Notes: generated from the letters alone by a model not told the origin. 64,000 nucleotides of DNA from an uncultured Gammaproteobacteria bacterium (GCA_964560005.1 CAZLKB010000003.1:174951-238950); one strand, 5' to 3'. Shown: positions 11,045-20,800, counted from the stretch's first letter. Numbers and translations: made by a program.

Positions 11045-11246
11045 GCTTGTTTGTGCTGAGCTTGAATAATTTATTTTCGGAGTGAGGACTGTTTGAGCCC
11101 CCACCATTTTTTCTCCTCATGTCACAAACAATCAAAAGTTACTTAATTTGGTTTGAGCAATAATTTTTCTAAGAGTTCTTAAAAAATGGTGTGGGCGAGT
11201 TCCGCAGCGAGAAAATAAATTATTCAAGCTCAGCGCGTTAACAAGC
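11045..11246. repeat. About 200-bp foldback (MITE-like) element
   Basis: Arms gcttgt..tgctgagcttgaataatttattttc.. and ..gaaaataaattattcaagctcagcg..acaagc; shares the ATTTATTTT..GCGAG / CCGCAGCGA..AAATAAAT core with 58503-58650. Confidence 0.75.
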
Positions 11247-11247
11247 T

Positions 11248-12681
11248 TTATTTTTTTATCACAATTTCAATCCGGTCAACCAGGTTAGGCATCTTCCTGA
11301 CGAAGGAGGGAAAAAACTTTATTTCATAACCGGATATTTCCGGCAAACTATTTAAATAGGCTTTCAGCTGCGCTTCGCTCAACCCGGCCAAATTATTTTT
11401 TTTAATTATGCCGGCGGTATTTTTTAGGGTTACTTTGGCATTAGAAATTACATTCACCGAGGCTGTGCCTTGGCTTAGATCAAAGTTGGCCAGAGCATAG
11501 GTGGTGTCCGGCCTGATAAATTCCACGATTTCTTTATCATCGGCTAAAGCAGCGGTTAAATTAGATTGAACCTGCGCATAAACATCATTACTCTTAAAAG
11601 CAACCACTGTCACCTTTGTTTTCATGTTGATGATAAAGCTGGCTTTTTCCTGGCCAACCTTTCCCTGCACCTCTTGGCTGATGGAATTATTGTCAACTTC
11701 AAAAATTGATTGGTCATAATCCTGATAAGCCAAGCTTATCTCTTTTTTAGCTTTGTCCAAAAGATCCGCTTTAAGTTCGTTAACTGCGTTATCTATATCG
11801 CTTTGCCGGATGATATGCTTTACTTTTTCGCTATAGATCATAGGCTCCTTGCTGGTAGCATAAATTTTATCCTGAAGTCCGGCCCAAAGCCCGGGAATGG
11901 TAAATTTGCTCGGTCCGATAGCCATGTCGGGACTGGCTTCATCGGCGTAGACCTCAGCTTCCACGCTGCCCCCGGCCGGCACATTAACGGTATTTTTCAG
12001 CCGGTAAAGTTTATTGCTCTGGCTTAATAGCCTGGTTGAGGCCACTAGCGGCTGATTCTTTATATAACTGTTTACGATTGTAACTTTACCGCTGACTTCT
12101 TCGCCTAGGGTTTCTTTACCGCTTGAAGCAAAAGTCCGAGATTGCTCTACCGGCACCTGTCTGACTATTCCTTGAATCTCGCCTGAAACCGCGGCCGAAC
12201 TGTTAGCTTTATCAATTATCGTCAAGCTTAAGCTGTCGGCGATTTTTTCTTGCGTTGGTATGATAACTAAAGTAACTTTTGAAAAGCTGAAATATAATAC
12301 GGCAAAAACCAAAAAAATTGTTAAGGCGATAAAACTAAAAGCAATCTTGCGATAAATGTTTCTGACCGCACCCGCCTGCCGGCCGGGCAGATTCTTTTTT
12401 ATAACAGAAGAATTTTTTTTAATTTTAAGCTCGGCTTTAGGCATTGGCTGATCAATAGTAATATTATCGCCGGGCTTAAAGGGCGATACATCTTCTTTTT
12501 CGCCAGAGGGCGCCTGCCTGCTCGTCTCGCTTCCAGCGCCGAGTCTAGGCGGGGAGCTCCGGTGAAGCGGGCCGGCAGGCAGAGATCCGCCTTTGGCGGA
12601 TTTCTTAGCCTTTTTTTTTGGTCTCTTCACATTTTTGGGCGGATTATTTTGAGACGGAGTTAAAAAATTTGTTTCTGGCAT
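11248..12681 (-). CDS. Hypothetical membrane-anchored protein
   Basis: 477-aa ORF from Met23 (MPETNF); basic low-complexity N-terminus containing repeat-derived sequence, one TM, large extracytoplasmic domain. Confidence 0.6.
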   Translation of the reverse strand: MPETNFLTPSQNNPPKNVKRPKKKAKKSAKGGSLPAGPLHRSSPPRLGAGSETSRQAPSGEKEDVSPFKPGDNITIDQPMPKAELKIKKNSSVIKKNLPGRQAGAVRNIYRKIAFSFIALTIFLVFAVLYFSFSKVTLVIIPTQEKIADSLSLTIIDKANSSAAVSGEIQGIVRQVPVEQSRTFASSGKETLGEEVSGKVTIVNSYIKNQPLVASTRLLSQSNKLYRLKNTVNVPAGGSVEAEVYADEASPDMAIGPSKFTIPGLWAGLQDKIYATSKEPMIYSEKVKHIIRQSDIDNAVNELKADLLDKAKKEISLAYQDYDQSIFEVDNNSISQEVQGKVGQEKASFIINMKTKVTVVAFKSNDVYAQVQSNLTAALADDKEIVEFIRPDTTYALANFDLSQGTASVNVISNAKVTLKNTAGIIKKNNLAGLSEAQLKAYLNSLPEISGYEIKFFPSFVRKMPNLVDRIEIVIKK

Positions 12682-12687
12682 ATAAAT

Positions 12688-12812
12688 TTCACGCAACTCA
12701 TAACTCGTAGCTCGTCCGCCTCGGCTTCGCTTTAGCGAGACGGGCAACTCTTTTATCCAAGATTTTGAGTTACCAGTTATGAGTTACGAGTTGTGAGTTG
12801 CGAGTTGCGAGA
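12688..12812. repeat. Word dyad (ACTCATAACTCGTA / GAGTTACGAGTT family) enclosing a GCCCGTCTCGC-family element (12710-12745)
   Basis: caactcataactcgtagctcg on the left, gagttaccagttatgagttacgagttgtgagttgcgag on the right. Confidence 0.7.
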
Positions 12813-12871
12813 TGTAAGTTATGATAATATAATTATTATACCAATTTCCCGCATTACTGTCTATGTCTAAA

Positions 12872-15800
12872 CTATTTTTTAAAAATTTTATTGATTTCCT
12901 CGGTTAAAAATCGGTCATATTTAACTTTAAAATCGGTCTCCACCAGGTTAGCGGCATCAGCCGAAGCCAATTTAAAAAATACTTTTTTATCGCCGCTATT
13001 ATTAGTTAAAACTTCTTTTAATTTAGCCAAAATATCGCTCTTTACGCTAGCGTCTAAATTAATAAATAACTTATCGTCTTTAACGACTACATGCCTGGAA
13101 GCCGGCCACGGCTCCGCGGCTGGCGCCGCCTTACCGTTTCCTACCGCCGCCTTCGCGGCACGGGGATAAAATTTTCTCATTCCGAAGTTATTTTGGCCGC
13201 CGCCGTTCAGAGGATATCCCCTGGCCGAGTCATTGATGGCGGCGGTAAACTTCTTTATAACCTCCGCGGAAGTTTCCGGACTCAACTCAATGGTTTTATT
13301 GCATAGCAGTTTCAACTCCTGATCTTTATCTGACAGCTTGCCTTGGCAAAGCAAGACTTTGCCTTCCTGCCAAATTAAATTATTTTCTTTTAACAGGCTG
13401 GGGAAAACTAAAACTTCAATATTGCCGGTCAGGTCTTCAATTTTGACGAATAACATGGGTTCGGAGGAACGAGTCATGATTTTTTTTATCTTGGTTATCA
13501 CCCCGCCGACGATTACCTGATAATCGGTTAAATGGCTACCTAATTCAGCCACCGGTAAAACCGCTGGATTTAAAATTTTCTTATAACCGGCGAAGGGATG
13601 ATCGCTGATATAGAGCCCGAGCAATTCCTTCTCCCAAATTAATTTTTCTTGAGGCTTAGCCGCCGGCGCCTGCCCGAGCTTAAGCTTGCGGCTGAAATTC
13701 GCGCCGGGGGTGTCCGTAAACAAGCTGGTCTGGCAGTTATTTTTGGCTTTGGCCGTATCGCGGTTAAATTCCAAGATGGTTTCCATATTGCCCAAGAGCT
13801 GGCCGCGTTCGCCGAAATTATCCAAACCGCCGCTCTTGATCAGGCTCTCCAGCGATTTTTTATTTAAATCCTTGTCGCAGACTCTTTCCAATAAATCAGT
13901 AAAATCTTTATAGGGGCCGTTTTGTTTGCGCTCTTTGATTATTTCCTCGGCAATATGGTCGCCGATATTTTTTATGGCCTTCAGCCCGAAACGGATAGTG
14001 CTAGAGGCTTCATTTTGGCCGACCGCAATATTTTTTTCCGTGCCGCTGGTAACTACGGTAAAAGATTCATAGGATTGATTTATATCCGGCGGCATGACTT
14101 TTATGCCCATGTGGCGGCATTCATCAATTTCAATGGCAATCCGGTCGGTATTCTCTTGATCGGCGGTTAGGAGGGCGGCCATGAATTCGGTTGGCCAATG
14201 CGATTTTAAGTAGGCGGTTTGATAGCCGATTAGAGCGTAGCAGGCGGCGTGGCTCCGATTAAAGCCGTAGCCGGCGAACGGCTCAAGAAATGAGAAAATC
14301 TTTTCCGCTTGCTGGCTGGCGATCGCGTTTCGGACGCAGCCTTCAATGAACTTCTCTTTTTGCTCAACTAAGAGCTTGGCTATTTTTTTACCCATGGCTT
14401 TTCTTAAAACATCGGCTTCGGCCATGGTGAAACCGGCTAAGTCCCGAGCGATTTGCATGACCTGCTCCTGATAGATGGCCACGCCGTAGGTCTTGGCCAA
14501 AATCGGCTCAAGCTTGGGATGAAGATAGTGCGGCTTTTTGCGGCCATGTTTGCCGTTGATATAATCGGGAATCCACTCCATCGGACCCGGGCGATACAGC
14601 GCCACCATGGCGATAATATCTTCAAACCCGGTCGGTTTAAGCTCGCGCAAATATCTTTTCATGCCGCTGGATTCAAACTGAAAGACGCCGGTGGTTTCTC
14701 CGGCCTGAAATAATTTATAAGTTGGCTTGTCGTCTTGGGGAATTTTATCAATCTCTATGGCCAAGCCGCGGGTGTTTTTAATAATCTTTATAGCCGATTC
14801 AATAATGGTTAAGTTTTTTAAGCCCAGAAAATCCATTTTTAAAAGGCCCAAATCTTCCACCGGGTGCATGGAATATTGAGAAATAATCGTCCGATCCGAA
14901 GACGAGGCATATTGCAAAGGCACATACTCGGTTAAAACATCTTTAGTGATGATAACCGCGCAGGCGTGGGTGGAAGCGTGGCGCGCCACGCCTTCCAGCC
15001 TCTTGGCATAATCTATCACCCGCCTGGCCGCTTCGTCATGCTTGTAAAGTTCTTTCAGTTCGCCTATTTCGTCAACCGCCTCCTTAATTTTAGAAAACAT
15101 GGGAATCATCTTGGCCAGCTTATCGCACAGCTCATAGGGGTAGCCCAGAACCCGGCCGACATCGCGAATCGCCGCCCGCGCCGCCATAGTGCCGAAGGTA
15201 ATTATTTGCGCCACATGATCTTTGCCGTATTTAGCTTCAACATAACGCAGCACCTCGTCGCGCCTGATATCGGCGAAATCCATATCAATATCGGGCATGG
15301 AAATTCTATCGGGATTTAAAAACCGTTCAAACAGCAAGTCATACTTAAGCGGATCAATATTGGTAATATTTAATAAATACGAGACCAGCGACCCGGCCGC
15401 CGAACCTCGGCCCGGTCCGACCACAATCTTGCTGGCTTTCGCCCAATTAACGAAATCGGCCACGATTAATATATATGACGACCAGCCCATATTCTTAATG
15501 ACTTTAAGTTCATAATCCATTCTCTGTCCGGTGGCCGCATCAATCTGCTCATAACTCTTGCCATAGCGAAAAATTAAACCCTGGCGGCATAAGTTATCCA
15601 GATGAGTTTCAATGTCTTGGCCTCCCGGAACGGCAAAAAACGGCAGCTGAATTTTCCCCAATTCTATTTCAAGATTGCAGGCTTCAGCTATTTTTTCCGT
15701 ATTTTCTATGGCCTCCGGCACATCCTTAAAGGCTTCAATCATGGTTTTAACCGAACGGAAAGAATAATCTCCGCCCAGCATCATCATTCTGTCCCGATCT

Positions 15801-16492
15801 TCTTTTTTCTTTTTGGTTTGCAGGCATAATAGAACATCTTGAGGCTCGTCATCATCTTTATTTAAATAATGAACATCGTTAGTGGCAACCAGGGGAATAT
15901 TAAATTCACGCGATATGGCTATGAGCGCGCGGTTGACCTGCTCTTGGTTTTCTAAGTTCGGATGGCTTTGCAATTCCAAATAAAAATTTCCTTGGCCGAA
16001 CAAAGCGTTGTATTCTAAAACCCTCTTCTTGGCTTTATCTAATTTTCCGGCCGCGATCAGCCGTGGGATTTCTCCGGCCAAACAGGCGGTCAAGGCGATT
16101 AAGCCTTCGCTATGCCTAGATAAGACCTCCCAATCAATCCTGGGCTTATAATAAAAGCCTTCTAAGTGGGCGATGGAAGTCAATTTGATTAAATTTTGGT
16201 AGCCGACTTTATTCTTAGCTAAGAGTACCAAGTGATAGTTCCTTTCATCTGACTTTACATTTTTATCCAAGCGGGATACCGGCGCCAGATACGCCTCTAC
16301 GCCGATAATCGGCTTTATACCGGCCTTTTTGCATTTTTGATAAAATTCAATCGCGCCATACATAACGCCGTGGTCGGTAATAGCTAACCCCGAACAGCCT
16401 TCGTCTTTGGCTTTCTGAACCAATTCATCAATCTTGGTCAAGCCGTCAAGCAAAGAATAATGGCTATGGACATGGAGATGAGTGAATCTCAT
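12872..16492 (-). CDS. dnaE: DNA polymerase III alpha subunit
   Basis: PHP domain start MRFTHLHVHSHYSLLDG, palm/fingers motifs, OB fold; start moved to Met11 because the first 10 codons are a TTGAAAATT word repeat. Confidence 0.96.
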   Translation of the reverse strand: MRFTHLHVHSHYSLLDGLTKIDELVQKAKDEGCSGLAITDHGVMYGAIEFYQKCKKAGIKPIIGVEAYLAPVSRLDKNVKSDERNYHLVLLAKNKVGYQNLIKLTSIAHLEGFYYKPRIDWEVLSRHSEGLIALTACLAGEIPRLIAAGKLDKAKKRVLEYNALFGQGNFYLELQSHPNLENQEQVNRALIAISREFNIPLVATNDVHYLNKDDDEPQDVLLCLQTKKKKEDRDRMMMLGGDYSFRSVKTMIEAFKDVPEAIENTEKIAEACNLEIELGKIQLPFFAVPGGQDIETHLDNLCRQGLIFRYGKSYEQIDAATGQRMDYELKVIKNMGWSSYILIVADFVNWAKASKIVVGPGRGSAAGSLVSYLLNITNIDPLKYDLLFERFLNPDRISMPDIDMDFADIRRDEVLRYVEAKYGKDHVAQIITFGTMAARAAIRDVGRVLGYPYELCDKLAKMIPMFSKIKEAVDEIGELKELYKHDEAARRVIDYAKRLEGVARHASTHACAVIITKDVLTEYVPLQYASSSDRTIISQYSMHPVEDLGLLKMDFLGLKNLTIIESAIKIIKNTRGLAIEIDKIPQDDKPTYKLFQAGETTGVFQFESSGMKRYLRELKPTGFEDIIAMVALYRPGPMEWIPDYINGKHGRKKPHYLHPKLEPILAKTYGVAIYQEQVMQIARDLAGFTMAEADVLRKAMGKKIAKLLVEQKEKFIEGCVRNAIASQQAEKIFSFLEPFAGYGFNRSHAACYALIGYQTAYLKSHWPTEFMAALLTADQENTDRIAIEIDECRHMGIKVMPPDINQSYESFTVVTSGTEKNIAVGQNEASSTIRFGLKAIKNIGDHIAEEIIKERKQNGPYKDFTDLLERVCDKDLNKKSLESLIKSGGLDNFGERGQLLGNMETILEFNRDTAKAKNNCQTSLFTDTPGANFSRKLKLGQAPAAKPQEKLIWEKELLGLYISDHPFAGYKKILNPAVLPVAELGSHLTDYQVIVGGVITKIKKIMTRSSEPMLFVKIEDLTGNIEVLVFPSLLKENNLIWQEGKVLLCQGKLSDKDQELKLLCNKTIELSPETSAEVIKKFTAAINDSARGYPLNGGGQNNFGMRKFYPRAAKAAVGNGKAAPAAEPWPASRHVVVKDDKLFINLDASVKSDILAKLKEVLTNNSGDKKVFFKLASADAANLVETDFKVKYDRFLTEEINKIFKK

Positions 16493-16590
16493 AATTTTCA
16501 ATTCATAATTTTCAATTTTCAAACAATTTTCAATGCTTTAATTTTCAATTGAAAATTGGTCATTGTAAATTGAAAATTTTTTTCTGTACA
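16493..16590. repeat. AT-rich word dyad (AATTTTCAA / TTGAAAATT family)
   Basis: Contains the perfect palindrome aattttcaattgaaaatt. Confidence 0.7.
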
Positions 16591-16672
16591 AATTTAACGA
16601 AAAGCAATTCCATTATTACCAAATTAGACGCATTAAAGGCACAACATATTTGTGCCTCCTTTTAACTATTTA

Positions 16673-16700
16673 AATATAGCATTTTTTAGAGAAATGGCAA
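16673..16700 (-). promoter_or_regulatory. Candidate promoter upstream of dnaE
   Basis: On the - strand: TTGCCA - 16 nt - TATATT. Confidence 0.4.
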
Positions 16701-16743
16701 ACAAAAAAACAGGCTTTTTTCCTGCTATTTGTGTTTAACTAAT

Positions 16744-17073
16744 TTATCTAATAATTTCGCACCACTTAAACGATCCTAGGCATTCGTAAGTATTAATCTT
16801 ATAGCCCGGCTCGCAACTAATGCCGGCCGGCCTTAAATTATAGGCCGCCATAAAGACAACCGAATTAAAACAGCAATCATAGGCTTTTTTATCTTTATTA
16901 TCGCAGCGCGCCGCTAATTCTTTGTAATACTTATTAAAATTTTCCGCCTGATTTTTGTTTCTTCCGGCCGCTTGCGATTTTATCAGCCAATTTAATAGAA
17001 AAACCGCTATAACAAAAACTACTATATATATTATAATTAATCTTTTCGAAAAATGGCTTTTTATTCCTTCCAT
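16744..17073 (-). CDS. Small membrane-anchored Cys-rich protein
   Basis: 109 aa, N-terminal TM helix, 6 Cys in the C-terminal half; no family recognised. Confidence 0.5.
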   Translation of the reverse strand: MEGIKSHFSKRLIIIYIVVFVIAVFLLNWLIKSQAAGRNKNQAENFNKYYKELAARCDNKDKKAYDCCFNSVVFMAAYNLRPAGISCEPGYKINTYECLGSFKWCEIIR

Positions 17074-17106
17074 AATTCATGATTTATTATTCATAATTCT
17101 AACTTC

Positions 17107-17985
17107 TTACTTCTTAATTTTCGCTACCATTTCTCCCAGCTCTTCGTCGCCAAAAAAATAAATAATCACTTCCCCGCCCTTGCCCTTCCTTTTGATTTCC
17201 GCTTTAGTGCCGAAAAATTGGCGGAAGGCGAATTCTTTATCCTTGTCCGCGTAATTAATCTTAATCCTGGCCTGCTTAGTCCCGCCCATAATCCTGGTTT
17301 CCTGAATGGCATCGCTGACTGTCATATTATTTCTTAATATTTTTTTATACAGCGCGATTTGCATGGCTTCGTTTTCCAGCCCGACGATGGTTTTAGCATG
17401 TCCTTCGTTAATCCGGCCCTGGATTAAAGCCGTTTGGATTTCTTCGGGCAGGTTTAAATACCTAATGGTATTGGCTATCACCGGCCGCGATTTCCCCACC
17501 CTGGCGGCCAGTTCGTCTTGGCTTAAATTAAACTCATCAATCAGCTTGCGATAAGCGATCGCGGTTTCAATTGAGTTCAAGCCTTCCCTCTGCAAATTTT
17601 CCACCAAGGCGACTTCCAGCTTTTGCTGTTCGTCCGCCTGCCTGATAATAGCCGGCACCGCGGTTAAACCTATGGCTTGCGCCGCCCTTAGCCGGCGTTC
17701 ACCCGCGATTAATTCATACTCGCCGTCTTTCTTAGTTACTATCAAGGGCTGAATTATGCCGTATTGCTTAATGGAATCTATGAGCTCGTTATGCTGAAAT
17801 TCGCTAAAATGCTTGCGAGGCTGCATGGGATTAACCTGAATCTTCTCCGGGTTGATTTGCAGTACCCTGTCTTTATCCGACTCACTTACTACATCAATCA
17901 CTGCTTCGCCGCCGGATGTGACTGGAATTTTTTTTACTTTCTGCGGAATAAGCGAACTTAAACCGCGGCCGAGGCTATTAGGCAT
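17107..17985 (-). CDS. parB: Chromosome partitioning protein ParB/Spo0J
   Basis: ParB box GERRLRAA, HTH region LSQDELAARVGKSRPVIANTIRYL. Confidence 0.93.
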   Translation of the reverse strand: MPNSLGRGLSSLIPQKVKKIPVTSGGEAVIDVVSESDKDRVLQINPEKIQVNPMQPRKHFSEFQHNELIDSIKQYGIIQPLIVTKKDGEYELIAGERRLRAAQAIGLTAVPAIIRQADEQQKLEVALVENLQREGLNSIETAIAYRKLIDEFNLSQDELAARVGKSRPVIANTIRYLNLPEEIQTALIQGRINEGHAKTIVGLENEAMQIALYKKILRNNMTVSDAIQETRIMGGTKQARIKINYADKDKEFAFRQFFGTKAEIKRKGKGGEVIIYFFGDEELGEMVAKIKK

Positions 17986-18030
17986 ATTATTATTAAATTA
18001 ATATTTAGTTTATTGACAAAAACTTTAGTA

Positions 18031-18162
18031 AAATTTTCAAACACCAATTTTCAATTTTCAATGAATTTTCAAAGTTATAATTTTCAAACTTTCCACCATT
18101 TTTATTTGTAAATTGATTCATTGTAATTTCATTGAAAATTGAGAATTGAAAATTGAAAATTA
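18031..18162. repeat. AT-rich word dyad (AATTTTCAA / TTGAAAATT family)
   Basis: ccaattttcaattttcaatg ... cattgaaaattgagaattgaaaattgaaaatt. Confidence 0.7.
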
Positions 18163-18164
18163 AT

Positions 18165-18935
18165 TTAATACTTCCTTTCTAAATCAATCACTTCCCTGGC
18201 CAATTTCTCGTAAGCTCGGCCACCCTTTGATTTCGGATCATAATGTAAAATTGATCGGCCGAAACTCGGCGCTTCAGCCAGTTTTACGCTTCTGGGGATG
18301 ACGCTTCTAAAAACTTTATTGGGAAAATATTGATATAGTTCATTCATCACCGAACTGGACAAGCGGTTTCTCTTGTCATACATAGTAATAACCGCGCCCA
18401 TAATACCTAATTCGGTCTTTAAATTATTTTGCACCAAGCTGATAGTATCTAAGAGCTGGCCCAAGCCTTCCAGGGCGAAATATTCGCTTTGTATCGGTAT
18501 TAAGACTTGATCTGCCGCCACTAGGCTATTTACGGTTAGCAGTCCGAGCGAAGGCGGCCCGTCAATTATAATATAATCGTATTCGTCTTTAATCTGATTT
18601 AAAATTTGCGACAGTTTGAATTCCCGATTCTCTAAATTGACCAATTCAATGCCGGCGCCGGCTAAAGCAATCGTGGCCGGAGCGATTTTATAGCCGTCTT
18701 GCAAAGTATATTTAATCACTTCAAAAATTGTTTTATGGCCGATTAAGGCTTCATAAATGCCGTGCTCTAAATTTTTATGGTCAATGCCTAAGCCGGAAGT
18801 GGCGTTGGCCTGGGGGTCAACATCAACCAACAGCACCTGTTTTCCCAAATAAGCCAGATAAGCACCCAAATTTAAAGCCGTGGTGGTCTTGCCCACCCCG
18901 CCTTTTTGATTAACTATGGAGATAATTTTACCCAT
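18165..18935 (-). CDS. parA: Chromosome partitioning ATPase ParA/Soj
   Basis: Deviant Walker A NQKGGVGKTT; start moved to Met10. Confidence 0.93.
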   Translation of the reverse strand: MGKIISIVNQKGGVGKTTTALNLGAYLAYLGKQVLLVDVDPQANATSGLGIDHKNLEHGIYEALIGHKTIFEVIKYTLQDGYKIAPATIALAGAGIELVNLENREFKLSQILNQIKDEYDYIIIDGPPSLGLLTVNSLVAADQVLIPIQSEYFALEGLGQLLDTISLVQNNLKTELGIMGAVITMYDKRNRLSSSVMNELYQYFPNKVFRSVIPRSVKLAEAPSFGRSILHYDPKSKGGRAYEKLAREVIDLERKY

Positions 18936-18962
18936 TATAAAAGTGTAAAATGAAAAAATCAA

Positions 18963-19075
18963 AATTAAAAATGACAGTTAAAAATGTAAAATTAAATATT
19001 TAAACATTTTAAACTTTACATTGTCATTTTACACTTTGATATTTACATTTTACATTTGTATTATACCCCATTTCT
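18963..19075. repeat. AT-rich word dyad (TGTAAAAT / AAAATGACA family)
   Basis: The 18-mer aaaatgacagttaaaaat is shared with the groEL upstream spacer (30618-30740). Confidence 0.65.
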
Positions 19076-19083
19076 CTCCTCTT

Positions 19084-19114
19084 TGACAAATTCATAAAAA
19101 AACTTTATTATAAT
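19084..19114 (+). promoter_or_regulatory. Candidate promoter of tRNA-Leu
   Basis: TTGACA - 19 nt - TATAAT, about 15 nt before the tRNA 5' end. Confidence 0.5.
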
Positions 19115-19128
19115 ATCAAACATAAATT

Positions 19129-19215
19129 GCCGATGTGGTGAAATTGGTAAACGCGCACGACTCAAAATCGTGTGGCTTAACGGCCTTGTGGGTTCGAGTC
19201 CCACCATCGGCACCA
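19129..19215 (+). tRNA. tRNA-Leu (anticodon CAA), class II with long variable arm, CCA encoded
   Basis: Acceptor GCCGATG/CATCGGC, anticodon arm CACGA-CTCAAAA-TCGTG, variable arm GGC..GCC, T arm GTGGG-TTCGAGT-CCCAC, 3' ACCA. Confidence 0.93.
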
Positions 19216-19216
19216 G

Positions 19217-19245
19217 AAAGCTAGAACCAGGAGGTTTAGCTTTTT
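19217..19245 (+). terminator. Terminator after tRNA-Leu
   Basis: aaagcta ... tagcttt stem plus T-run. Confidence 0.55.
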
Positions 19246-19302
19246 ATGTTCCTTTAATCGGTAAAAAACAATAGTAAACATAAACAAAAGAAAGGCATAG
19301 TA

Positions 19303-20643
19303 ATGAAACTAGGTAATGTATGGTTGGTCGGCAACGACGCCCGGGCTCATGCCATGGCGGAAGCAATCAAAAGGTCAAGCCAAAAGGTGCGGCTTACCGC
19401 CTGGATGGAAAAATCTAATCCCGGCATCAAGGACTTAGCGGACAAGGTGATTATAGGCGATGGCTATGATGAGCTTATAGACCATGCTTCTTTTTATGGC
19501 AATACCGATTTGGCCATTATTAGCCCGGAAAAGCCACTAATGATAGGGGTAGCCGATGACCTTAGGAATTTCGGCGTGTCCACGGTCGGACCCGGACAAA
19601 AACCAGCTCAAATAGAAGGGTCAAAAGCCTGGGCCAGGGGTTTGATGGTCAAACACCATATTCCGGGCATGCCGATATTCGGGGTTTTTAGTAACCTGGA
19701 CGGGCTTGAACAATATCTTGAGGCGAATCAGCCATTCGTACTGAAGCCCGACGGTTTGACCGGCGGCAAGGGGGTTCAGGTCCAAGGCGAACACTTCAAC
19801 ACGGTTGCCGAGGCAATGACAATCTGCCGGGAAATTCTGGAAAAACACGGCGCTGTGGTTGTGGAGGAAAAACTCGAAGGCGAGGAATTTTCTCTGCAAT
19901 GCTTCTGCGACGGTACCAATGTCGTAGCCACGCCCCCGGTTCAGGATCACAAGCGCCGTTTAATCGGCGACCAAGGCTTAAACACCGGCGGTATGGGCTC
20001 GTATTCCTGCGCCAATCAGCTGCTGCCTTTTCTAACATCAGCCGACCTGGAACAAGCCACTGAAATCGTTAGGCAAACCGTTAAAGCCATACGGAAAGAA
20101 ACCGGAGAGCCTTTCCAGGGCTTTCTCTACGGCGGGTTTATGAAAACCGCCCGAGGCATTATGCTGATAGAGTTCAACGCCCGCTTAGGCGACCCGGAGG
20201 CCATTGATGTCCTGTCGCGTCTGGAAACCGATTTTCTGGACATCTGCCGTTCTATCGCCAGTCCGGAGAGATACGGCGGTCTGGACCGAATAGACATCAA
20301 ATTCAAGCCCCGGGCCACGGTAGTAAAATATGTGGTGCCGGTCTATTACGGCATGCCGAGAAATCTATCAACCCCGATCGCGTCCGATCTAATTCAGATC
20401 GGCGACTTAGGGAAAGCGCAACTGTATTATTCTTCCGTAAACGCGGACGCTGCCGGCATCCACCTGACCTCTTCACGCGCTATAGCCGTTCTAGGAACGT
20501 CCGCTGATATCACCGAAGCGGAAAGAATCGCCGAGCAAGGGGCTCGAGCCGTTACCGGCGCCGTGGATCATCGTCCGGACATTGGCAGGGCCGCGCTGAT
20601 CGCTAAACGAGTGCTACACATGAAACAGCTAAGGGGGGAATAA
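19303..20643 (+). CDS. purD: Phosphoribosylamine-glycine ligase (GAR synthetase)
   Basis: ATP-grasp layout; KPDGLTGGKGV, VQDHKRRLIGDQGLNTGGMGSY, IEFNARLGDPE. Confidence 0.9.
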   Translation: MKLGNVWLVGNDARAHAMAEAIKRSSQKVRLTAWMEKSNPGIKDLADKVIIGDGYDELIDHASFYGNTDLAIISPEKPLMIGVADDLRNFGVSTVGPGQKPAQIEGSKAWARGLMVKHHIPGMPIFGVFSNLDGLEQYLEANQPFVLKPDGLTGGKGVQVQGEHFNTVAEAMTICREILEKHGAVVVEEKLEGEEFSLQCFCDGTNVVATPPVQDHKRRLIGDQGLNTGGMGSYSCANQLLPFLTSADLEQATEIVRQTVKAIRKETGEPFQGFLYGGFMKTARGIMLIEFNARLGDPEAIDVLSRLETDFLDICRSIASPERYGGLDRIDIKFKPRATVVKYVVPVYYGMPRNLSTPIASDLIQIGDLGKAQLYYSSVNADAAGIHLTSSRAIAVLGTSADITEAERIAEQGARAVTGAVDHRPDIGRAALIAKRVLHMKQLRGE

Positions 20644-20674
20644 ACTGTCTTACACCATCAACAAAAACAACACG

Positions 20675-20707
20675 GGGTTTCGCGCCAATAAGCGAAATCC
20701 TTTTTTT
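20675..20707 (+). terminator. Terminator after purD
   Basis: gggtttcgc ... gcgaaatcc stem followed by T7. Confidence 0.7.
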
Positions 20708-20782
20708 ATTAAAAAATTCAAATTTTATTACCGTCTTAAAATCACCCGGGGTTTGTGTGACGAGCTAACCGCCAAAGAAAAT

Positions 20783-20800
20783 TGTCATTCCCGGGAAGGC
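20783..20800. repeat. Truncated TGTCAT-type element
   Basis: tgtcattcccgggaaggc; only one half present. Confidence 0.5.

Noticed and set aside
16493-16522. N-terminal extensions in the ORF track for dnaE, groES (31032-31076), atpC (32678-32707), parA (18936-18962), rsmI (51611-51637), cvpA, the GNAT gene, the AI-2E transporter, hss and tatD.
   Set aside because: The extra codons are translated spacer words or repeat elements, and conserved protein N-termini begin at the internal Met. Starts were moved accordingly, with moderate certainty.
17986-18164. Looked for a parS site (TGTTNCACGTGAAACA-like) near parAB, and for oriC/DnaA-box clusters near gyrB and parAB.
   Set aside because: I found no match to the parS palindrome and no cluster of TTATCCACA-like boxes in the window.
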